Source of the DNA: an uncultured archaeon
GTDB taxonomy: Archaea; Altiarchaeota; Altiarchaeia; IMC4; SCGC-AAA252-I15
Reading direction: 5' to 3'
NCBI GenBank assembly: GCA_902384455.1
Contig: CABMCB010000101.1
Location: 1 to 12,719 of the forward strand
DNA: 12,719 bases
Shown here piece by piece: positions 1-6,695 of the stretch. The stretch's first letter is position 1, and each line of letters begins with the position of its first letter. The notes beneath the pieces are model-generated. The model searched no databases, was not told where the DNA came from, and saw nothing but the letters and a program-made list of their open reading frames with translations. The position numbers and the translations under genes are program-made.

Positions 1-888
1 CAACGCAGAAAATCCGCTCCAACTTATGACTTCATTGAGGGAGGCTATCATCAAAGCAAGAAGCAACGCCTGAAGTATCGGCACATAAACACAAATCATA
101 GTCATACGCCAAAGACGCGACCCCAAATTCTTGGTCATGTCAAAGTAGTAAAGGAAAATGGTGATGGGAAACAGCAGACCAAACGCGGTAACAGCAACGT
201 ACCGCATAGCCAAAATGACAGGCGGAGCTATGAGGGTCGTAAGAAGAATCATTGCGGCAGGAATTATGAAGATGGTGAGAATCCAAGTAGCAGGGCAAAA
301 GACGTAGATTATGATGACGACAGCAGCCGCAGCCAACGCCACCGCAAAAGCAGCGCCAGCACCCAGAAGAGTCGAACCGTTCACTTGCACGCCCGTGAGA
401 ATCTGAGCCACGACAACGGCGTTGATGTCCAAAAGCAACTGGAACAACATCGGAGAGGCAGACACCATCAGCATGGAAATAAGCGTATTCCTCAAACGCT
501 TCTTAGCCAAATTCCTGCTGGCCGGACTCTCAGCGCTCCAGATGAAGTTGAACGCCGCAGACAAAATGAATATGATGTAGATGGGGTACAGGATGCCCAG
601 TATCGCCGGCATTATTGCTTTAACTATAGGATGGACTCCTGCGCCGGTGGTAGTCCAAAAAACAGGGTTTATCGTTAGGCAAAAAATAATCGCGACCACA
701 AAGACGTTGATGTTGCCGGCAAGCATTTCGGTGAACAGGTTACCGAACAGCTTGGCGATGTACTCGCCGCTCATCTGGAAGCAGCCTGAAGCCGCAACGA
801 CAAGAACAAGAGCGAAAAGCAAAGCTAAGTGCTTTCTCGCATTGTTGCGCCGAACCGCGGGCGGACTGGAAGACGCCGGCTTAACCAC
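1..888 (-). CDS. Polytopic membrane protein, VirB6/TrbL (type IV secretion inner-membrane component)-like, with lipobox-like N-terminus; 3' end runs off the window
   Basis: Translated by hand; absent from the ORF track. GTG at 888 is the first start after an in-frame TAA at 895-897, and the frame is open for 296 codons to base 1. It begins MVKPASSSPPAVRRNNARKHLALLFALVLVVAASGC and has several hydrophobic segments. The segment MRYVAVTAFGLLFPITIFLYYFDMTKNLGSRLWRMTMICVYVPILQALLLAL matches the R-hydrophobic-P...T...W...P pattern I recognise from the VirB6/TrbL core. Confidence 0.7.
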   Translation of the reverse strand, partial: MVKPASSSPPAVRRNNARKHLALLFALVLVVAASGCFQMSGEYIAKLFGNLFTEMLAGNINVFVVAIIFCLTINPVFWTTTGAGVHPIVKAIMPAILGILYPIYIIFILSAAFNFIWSAESPASRNLAKKRLRNTLISMLMVSASPMLFQLLLDINAVVVAQILTGVQVNGSTLLGAGAAFAVALAAAAVVIIIYVFCPATWILTIFIIPAAMILLTTLIAPPVILAMRYVAVTAFGLLFPITIFLYYFDMTKNLGSRLWRMTMICVYVPILQALLLALMIASLNEVISWSGFSAL

Positions 889-934
889 TGTTCTTTAATA
901 ATTACGCATGTATAGAAAAAAGGGTGTTTTAGAG

Positions 935-1390
935 CTAAGTTTCGTACATACCCCATATTCTGCCGCTGCTCCTGTGGACATCCGAACCCGTCCTTTCATC
1001 AGAATACTCCACAACCACAAATACCTCAAACCTGTCGCCGGCACTCCCCCTCTTAAGAGTCCCAGCCGGCAACCCAACGACAGAGTAATTGCCGTTAGTA
1101 ATGACATTGTTCGGATAAAATTCAGCAGACGTCACCCCCTGCGTCACATTCAAGTAATTCAAAGTGACGTTGGCGCCAACCGTATTGAACAAGGAAAGAC
1201 TCAAACTGCCGTCTTCAGAAAGAATGAAATCCGACGGCTCCACACCCCAAAAACCTATCGAACCAGGCTGAATCGTCCCGCTAAAATTAAACAAACCCCA
1301 CTGCCACGCAACCACAACGGCAATCACAATCACGGCTATAGCCCAGCCGTAAGTCATCAAAAATTCAAGGCTGCTTTGTCCGCGGGCCAT
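935..1390 (-). CDS. Archaeal type IV pilin-like protein with class III signal peptide (151 aa)
   Basis: The ATG at 1390 gives MARG|QSSLEFLMTYGWAIAVIVIAVVVAWQWGLF: basic residue, G|Q cleavage site, E at +5, hydrophobic helix, then a beta-rich domain with N-x-T/S sequons (NFS, NVT twice, NYS). The track start at 1459 overlaps cmk and is unlikely. Confidence 0.85.
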   Translation of the reverse strand: MARGQSSLEFLMTYGWAIAVIVIAVVVAWQWGLFNFSGTIQPGSIGFWGVEPSDFILSEDGSLSLSLFNTVGANVTLNYLNVTQGVTSAEFYPNNVITNGNYSVVGLPAGTLKRGSAGDRFEVFVVVEYSDERTGSDVHRSSGRIWGMYET

Positions 1391-1427
1391 AATCAATACT
1401 AATTTAACGAAGCTCAATAAAAGGCGG

Positions 1428-1961
1428 CTACTTCCTGCGCATACCCTCAACAGCGGCATAAGCCACGGAAGTCATCGCAGGAATATCAAGCCTACCGGTG
1501 TTAATCACCAAATCATAGACGCTCAAATCACCCAAATCAATACTGTAGAACGCGCTATACCTCTTCCTCTCACTCGCCTCCCGCGCCTCCATGGCCGCAC
1601 GGGCTTCCGAGACGTTCTTGTACTTTTCTCCGCGACTCAACAAACGCTTAGCCCTCACTTCAGCCGGAGCAACAAGCCAAAGCGCCAAATCAGGCTTAAG
1701 GAAATACGCGGACAAACGACCATCAACCACCGCATCACCCGCCGCCTTAGCAGCAGTCCTCTGGCGCTCATCAATCTCCTTGTCAATCTCAGGGAAAGAC
1801 TCCGCCAACTTCGAGAACTCCAGGATGCTCATCCCGCGCTCGTCGGCCATCTGCCTAAGGAAGCTACCGGCGGAAACATGAGCGAAACCCAGCTTTTTAG
1901 CGAGGTTCTTGGCTAAAGTGCTCTTGCCCGAGGCAACGCTTCCGCCGACCGTCACCAGCAT
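1428..1961 (-). CDS. cmk: Cytidylate kinase, archaeal type
   Basis: P-loop GGSVASGKST, VSAGSFLRQMA.ERGMS, IDKEIDERQ, VVDGRLS, SERKRY..FY.ID..DLSVYDLVINT. It lies immediately downstream of rpl34e, as in the conserved archaeal cluster. Confidence 0.95.
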   Translation of the reverse strand: MLVTVGGSVASGKSTLAKNLAKKLGFAHVSAGSFLRQMADERGMSILEFSKLAESFPEIDKEIDERQRTAAKAAGDAVVDGRLSAYFLKPDLALWLVAPAEVRAKRLLSRGEKYKNVSEARAAMEAREASERKRYSAFYSIDLGDLSVYDLVINTGRLDIPAMTSVAYAAVEGMRRK

Positions 1962-1969
1962 GGTATCAC

Positions 1970-2500
1970 TTATTTCTCAGACTTTTTCTTTGCAGCCTTC
2001 TTTTCCCCTTTCATGGCCCGCTTAGTTTTGGCCGCAGGTTTCTCTTTTTTTGCCTGCGTTTTTTCTGTGGGCTTCTTGGGTTTTTCTTCTGTTGAGCCTT
2101 CTTTTTTCTTTGGTGGGCTCCATTTTGAGGGTGAGCGGACGTTTTTTTCCTTCCATCCGGGTGGGAGGTATTTTTCGAGCGATAGGTCGCGGTGCAACGG
2201 CAGGTTGCTTAGTTCAGGGTTGCTGATTTTGGCGTTCTGCCTTGCGGCGTACCTTATTAGCGCGTCCACTGTGTCTGCGCCAAGGTGGCCTCCGTATGGT
2301 CTGCTTATTTTCCTTTGGCTTGCAGGTAGTGCGCCTGCTTTTGCGGCTCTCTTTATTGCTACGCCGTGGAGTTTTTTCCCTGTTCGGGGGTCTGTTGCGG
2401 CTGAGGCTTTTTTTGCCCTGAAGTGTGTTACTGTTTTGCCGCCTGGTGTTTTGCGCTGGCTTTTTTTGATTGAGCGCCCGCGTAAGTTTGGTCTGACCAT
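1970..2500 (-). CDS. rpl34e: 50S ribosomal protein L34e (eL34), cysteine-free variant with long Lys-rich C-terminal extension (176 aa)
   Basis: The ATG at 2500 is preceded by AGAGG and gives MVRPNLRGRS..K..RKTPGGKTVTHF, L.GV and SQRKISRPYGG.L, which are L34e hallmarks. It sits between DUF106 and cmk. Confidence 0.9.
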   Translation of the reverse strand: MVRPNLRGRSIKKSQRKTPGGKTVTHFRAKKASAATDPRTGKKLHGVAIKRAAKAGALPASQRKISRPYGGHLGADTVDALIRYAARQNAKISNPELSNLPLHRDLSLEKYLPPGWKEKNVRSPSKWSPPKKKEGSTEEKPKKPTEKTQAKKEKPAAKTKRAMKGEKKAAKKKSEK

Positions 2501-2517
2501 TGATGTTCCTCTTTGTA

Positions 2518-2937
2518 TTATGTTAGTTTTAGTATTTTGTTTATTGGGAGGGATATTACGATGCTGGTTATGAAGTACCATGCGAACCAGCCGAACTGCA
2601 TCCCCAGTAATGTTGCCACTACGCCGACTCCGTCGTAGTTTTGTTTCAGCCAGCCGAATATTACCATGAAGGGTATTATTGTGAACAGCATCGGCTTCAT
2701 GTTGTCTTTCATGCTTTCCATCGTCAGTTCCATCATTTGGGATTGCGCGTGGTTGAGTTTCTTTTTGTCTCCTGCTTTGCTTGCGTCTTTTATGGCCTGC
2801 TGGTGGGCCTTAAGTTTCTCTTTGTTGAGCTTGATTTTGTCTATGTCGAGTACTGCGCGTCGTACTAGGCCGCTCATTAGCGACAGGCATGCTGATATTA
2901 GGGCTATTATGTAGCCGTCGTATGTTACGGTAATCAT
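2518..2937 (-). CDS. DUF106 / EMC3-TMCO1 (Oxa1 superfamily) membrane protein
   Basis: N-terminal TM, charged coiled coil, MKPMLFTIIPFMVIFGWL and the C-terminal GWFAWYFITS...I.K.L motif. It occupies the canonical position upstream of rpl34e. Confidence 0.9.
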   Translation of the reverse strand: MITVTYDGYIIALISACLSLMSGLVRRAVLDIDKIKLNKEKLKAHQQAIKDASKAGDKKKLNHAQSQMMELTMESMKDNMKPMLFTIIPFMVIFGWLKQNYDGVGVVATLLGMQFGWFAWYFITSIVISLPINKILKLT

Positions 2938-3046
2938 TGGTGAGGAACTAAAATAGATGGGGTTTATGGTTTAAATACCGACGGGTGGAAATGGTTTAAG
3001 CGTAACGGTTTTTATGTAGTAAACGTAATATGTAGGGTGATGTGAT
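2938..3046. promoter_or_regulatory. Divergent promoter region with TATA-like boxes and a Shine-Dalgarno site
   Basis: AT-rich gap between divergent genes. TTTAAATA at 2970-2977 lies about 33 bp upstream of the DUF106 ATG. TTTTATGT at 3010-3017 lies about 30 bp upstream of the ATG at 3047, with GGTGA at 3036-3040. Confidence 0.5.
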
Positions 3047-3457
3047 ATGCCAGATGAGGATACTATTCCTGTTGAAACAGAAGTGAAGGATGCTGTGCCC
3101 CCCGTGGGTGTTGTTGAGGGGGAGGATGGGGAGATTGAGCAGGAAAGCCGTTATTTCGCTCTTTCGCCTCTTGTCCGCCTTATGAAGGAGGAGTTGGACA
3201 AAGACAAGATTATTCGAAGACGCGTCAAGGAAGGCATGCTTGAGTTTTTGGAGCAGACGGTCCGTAAGGTGACTAAGAAGATGAACGAAAGCGAGTATAC
3301 GGTCGTCGAATATGAGGATTATAAGACTGCCGTAGAGCCTTATGAGCTTATTGATGACGTCGAGAAGGAGAGGGAGAGGATAGTCGCAAGTTTGGAGAAA
3401 ATCAAGCAGGACTGCGACAGCTTAATCCGCGACGTCAACCGAAAATTTAAGACGTAG
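3047..3457 (+). CDS. Histone-fold protein with acidic N-terminal tail and C-terminal coiled coil
   Basis: FALSPLVRLMKEELDKDKIIRRRVKEGMLEFLEQTVRKVTKKM...TVVEYEDYKTAV follows the alpha1-L1-long alpha2-L2-alpha3 histone pattern (P..R.MK; D..A in alpha3). A heptad helix follows (VEKERERIVASLEKIKQDCDSLIRDV). GGTGA SD is present. Confidence 0.65.
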   Translation: MPDEDTIPVETEVKDAVPPVGVVEGEDGEIEQESRYFALSPLVRLMKEELDKDKIIRRRVKEGMLEFLEQTVRKVTKKMNESEYTVVEYEDYKTAVEPYELIDDVEKERERIVASLEKIKQDCDSLIRDVNRKFKT

Positions 3458-3482
3458 AAGAGTATTCCTTAGAGGTAAAACA

Positions 3483-3508
3483 CCTGTCAGCTTAGCTTAA
3501 GCGGCAGG
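3483..3508. terminator. Stem-loop between convergent genes, putative terminator
   Basis: CCTGTC-A-GCTTA-GCT-TAAGC-GGCAGG forms an imperfect inverted repeat. On the minus strand it is flanked by short T tracts. Confidence 0.4.
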
Positions 3509-3519
3509 CAAAAACAGGT

Positions 3520-4746
3520 TCATCGTTCCCGCGGGAAACCCCTGTCGAAGTAGAACTGCTTGGCGGCCTCAAACTCATTGTATCCAGCCAAAGCGTTTGC
3601 CGCAGCCAAAACTCTCACTTCATCCGGTCCGAAAGCGCCGAATAACGCTTTTAGTTGCCTGTAATTGATGAATGTTTTAGGCATGTTGCCTGAGGTTCCC
3701 TCCCCCAGAACCCTCTTTATTCCCCTCTCGTCGGAGGGGTCTTCAAGATACCTTTTGACTGCTTGATGGCGGCGCCACACGAGGTTGTCTTCAGGCCCCT
3801 CGCCTTTTGGCGGATTGGCCATAAAGTGCTGCCAGCCGGGGGGTAGGGACATGTCGCCGCCCATGTCAGGCCTCAACTCCCTTTCGTATGGGACCCATCC
3901 TCTGAATCCGCGAGTGTCTTCGTCGACGTACATTGCGTTTTGAATAGTCCACCATGCTTCTTGGGGTAGGACGCTGAAGTCGACTTCCCGGCGTATATCT
4001 TTTTGAGGGTGCACGTCATGGCGGTGCTCGACCATCTTGTCAACCTGGCTTCCGCCGATAAAAGAAGCTAATGCAATCCAAATCCAATTTTTCTTCGCCC
4101 AATCCCTGAACTTTTCCCACCCAGACCTACCAGAAGTAGAAGGACGCGGCGGACTAGACGGACGATCACCTCTGGACTCCGGCGGCCTGCTGGCGGGAGC
4201 GGGAGCGGGCGGAAGTACTGTAGGAGCAGGAGGTGGCTCAGGGTCGGTGGGGTGTATTGCCGCCTCCATCAGCGGGAAGAATTCAGTCGCAGCCGCCTTC
4301 ACGTATCCGCCTAAGTCTCTTGGAAGCGCCGCCGTAGGCTGCGTGGCCCTCAAGTATGCGGCGGAGTCGGGTTGTTCTCCTGTTTCCATTGCGTGTAACG
4401 CGGCGTTTCCTATTTGAACTTCATTTAGTTCCCCGACGTTTACTTGGCTTGCAGTCGCAAGAACCATCTTCATTACTGGCTGGTGTACTTGCGTGGGTGG
4501 GAGAGTGGGGTTTGCGCGGGAAAAAGCGTAGTATAAGCCGCTTTTGACTTCAGGATGCACGTCGACGTTGCCTTGGACTGCAGCATACACTTGATGCATG
4601 TGACCGGCTTGGATGTCCGGCGGCACCGTGCTTAAGTAGTCTGTGACTTGCTGCTGCGTAGGCAGAGGCCTCATCACTTCGACATCCTCTTCCGGGGGGC
4701 GGCTTCCTCTTCTTCGGGGAGGTTGCAGAGGGGATGGCGCAGTCAT
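3520..4746 (-). CDS. Hypothetical Pro-rich protein with central amphipathic/hydrophobic segment; last gene of the array operon
   Basis: 408-aa ORF starting 23 bp after the upstream stop. It has a Pro-rich linker followed by WEKFRDWAKKNWIWIALASFIGG. No family recognised. Confidence 0.75.
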   Translation of the reverse strand: MTAPSPLQPPRRRGSRPPEEDVEVMRPLPTQQQVTDYLSTVPPDIQAGHMHQVYAAVQGNVDVHPEVKSGLYYAFSRANPTLPPTQVHQPVMKMVLATASQVNVGELNEVQIGNAALHAMETGEQPDSAAYLRATQPTAALPRDLGGYVKAAATEFFPLMEAAIHPTDPEPPPAPTVLPPAPAPASRPPESRGDRPSSPPRPSTSGRSGWEKFRDWAKKNWIWIALASFIGGSQVDKMVEHRHDVHPQKDIRREVDFSVLPQEAWWTIQNAMYVDEDTRGFRGWVPYERELRPDMGGDMSLPPGWQHFMANPPKGEGPEDNLVWRRHQAVKRYLEDPSDERGIKRVLGEGTSGNMPKTFINYRQLKALFGAFGPDEVRVLAAANALAGYNEFEAAKQFYFDRGFPRER

Positions 4747-4769
4747 TTAACTTGTTATTATTGATTGAG

Positions 4770-6683
4770 TTATCTTGGCGGGCGCAGACTTATATTCGGC
4801 GGTACGTCAGAGGGGGCGGCTTCAATCCTTCTGACGGGGTAAGATTCATGGCCTTGTGTAGCCCAATATTTTATGGCGTCGGATTCTATAGTCAAGTCTC
4901 CTTGGTCAGCGTATATTTCTATTGCTCCTCTTGTCGCGGGGGGGTTCTGTAGATTGGCGATTTTTGAGTACCTTAATTCGTTTGTCCCCAACGTGAAGTC
5001 CACTGATAAGGAGTATCTTAGAAGGTTGCCTGCGTCGAATCCGGCTGCTGCCTGGCGGCACCGAGTTATTACTGCTTCGTCTTGAACTTTGTGGGGGTTC
5101 CCTAAGCTATCAATCAGGAATACTTCGCCGTTTGTTTCATAGCCTTGTGTGGCCAGGATTTGATAATCGTCGGAGTCAAGGGCGATTTCGTATCTTGGAA
5201 AATTGCCCGTACCGTTGGTGGCGTATTCCACTCTTGTGCCGTCCCTCAGCAGTCTAGTATGACGCCAGTAGATTCTGCCGTTTGGCTCTGTTTGTAGGGG
5301 GTTTAAATCGCCTCGGACGAACGTTGACCCGTCTACTTGAATGAAAGCTTCGTCCGTCCTGCGCCTCAAAGCTAGCATGGCGTCGTAAGTTGCAGCAGGC
5401 AGACTGTAGTAGACACCGCCGCCCTCCTCTTCATGCCGTTGTGGAACCACTTCCGTAAGAGGCTGGGCCGCATTGAGTACGTCGGTTAAATTTATGCGGG
5501 GCTTTTGAGTTACCCTAAGGGAGGGTGGAACTGGACCTAACGTTCTGTCTGAATCCGAGCCCGGAGCAGGAGCGGCAGAAGGCGGTCCTCCAGTTGTAGG
5601 CTGCGGGCCTACTGTGCGGGCTATGTCTTCGACGTAGTTGCGTACTGCTCCTACGATTAATTGTTCTCCGCCTGCGCGGTTTAATGCGATTATTGCGTGG
5701 ATTGACGGGTCTTTTTCTGGCGGCAAACCGGGATGCTTTCGCTCGTAATCTTGCGCTAATGCGCCGAGTATTTTGGCGTATTCGTCGTTTTCTTGCTTTA
5801 AGTCTCCTGTTCTGGCGTCTAGCAGGCGCACGTGAAAGTGAACGTCGTTTGATGCGCCAAGTATTCGCAGAAGTTCCCTCATTTCAGGATGGCGTTCTTG
5901 GGCGGCTGCGGCTGTAGCGTCAAGCTGAGCGTATGCGTTGTCGCGCACAGACAACATGTATTTGTGCAACGCTATGTCCCTGGAGTTAACGTCTGCGCCG
6001 GTGACAGGCGGAAATGCGTTCCAGGCACCTTCAAGCCGTTGCCGAGCGGGTTCATTACCAGCGGCTGTAAAAGCTCTGTCGGCTTCCATGAAGCGCGTGC
6101 CTATGAACGTACCCACCCATACTGCCTGACCAAAATTATCAGAAACAAGCGGAGGATAACCTTTTGTCACATAATTTAGCAGCAGCCCCTGAAAGTCTAA
6201 TCCTCCGTAATCTCCCAGCGCATTCAACAAAGCGACTGTCTGCCGGTGCTCTGGGAGCGCAGCGGCAGCAGCTACCGCAGGACCAACCACTTGGTCGCCG
6301 AATATGCGGGAACCCATTCTGCCGGAGGATTCTTGACCTGACGCTGAAGTGAGAGAGCCCTCTATTATTCTGCCTAATGCGCCTGCTTCCTGGCATGTGA
6401 TTTGAAAGTCGTCGCGTAGGAGAGTCAACGCGGAATCGACTGAACGACGTGCCATGGCCGGGAGAGGACGTAATTGCATGGGTGCAACTTCAGGATGCGA
6501 GAGACGAAGTAACTCAGCCTGCAAAATACGGGCTTGATGAGGGTTAAGATTGAAATCGTCAAGAAGTTGAACCGCAGACCCTATTTTCCTCTGCTGCATA
6601 GGCGATAGTTCTACGCCTGCTGCTTGGAGAGCCTCACCTAATTCAGCTTGTTGGGGTAACCGGACTACTTCATGTTGAACCAT
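4770..6683 (-). CDS. Array paralog A: conserved leader + helical module + YSLPA domain
   Basis: Start moved from GTG 6695 to ATG 6683 because MVQHEVVRLP matches the starts of the paralogs and GGTGA (overlapping the upstream TAG) is positioned as an SD site. Confidence 0.85.
   Translation of the reverse strand: MVQHEVVRLPQQAELGEALQAAGVELSPMQQRKIGSAVQLLDDFNLNPHQARILQAELLRLSHPEVAPMQLRPLPAMARRSVDSALTLLRDDFQITCQEAGALGRIIEGSLTSASGQESSGRMGSRIFGDQVVGPAVAAAAALPEHRQTVALLNALGDYGGLDFQGLLLNYVTKGYPPLVSDNFGQAVWVGTFIGTRFMEADRAFTAAGNEPARQRLEGAWNAFPPVTGADVNSRDIALHKYMLSVRDNAYAQLDATAAAAQERHPEMRELLRILGASNDVHFHVRLLDARTGDLKQENDEYAKILGALAQDYERKHPGLPPEKDPSIHAIIALNRAGGEQLIVGAVRNYVEDIARTVGPQPTTGGPPSAAPAPGSDSDRTLGPVPPSLRVTQKPRINLTDVLNAAQPLTEVVPQRHEEEGGGVYYSLPAATYDAMLALRRRTDEAFIQVDGSTFVRGDLNPLQTEPNGRIYWRHTRLLRDGTRVEYATNGTGNFPRYEIALDSDDYQILATQGYETNGEVFLIDSLGNPHKVQDEAVITRCRQAAAGFDAGNLLRYSLSVDFTLGTNELRYSKIANLQNPPATRGAIEIYADQGDLTIESDAIKYWATQGHESYPVRRIEAAPSDVPPNISLRPPR
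6363..6683 (-). repeat. Dispersed ~320-bp leader repeat, copy A
   Basis: 6580-6683 matches 11332-11435 with 5 mismatches in 104 bp by hand alignment. 6545-6581 is identical to 8450-8486. Confidence 0.9.
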
Positions 6684-6695
6684 AATTCGCTTCAC

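Noticed and set aside
385-1402. Plus-strand ORFs 385..678, 581..898, 908..1402 and minus ORF 895..1107
   Set aside because: They are shadows of the VirB6-like and pilin genes and show no recognisable motifs.
1391-2581. ORF-track starts at 1459 (pilin) and 2581 (L34e)
   Set aside because: Both overlap upstream genes. Family-typical N-termini begin at 1390 and 2500.
1591-2914. Plus-strand ORFs 1591..1881, 2013..2573, 2641..2868, 2666..2914
   Set aside because: They are antisense to cmk, rpl34e and DUF106. The Phe-rich 186-aa ORF simply mirrors Lys codons.
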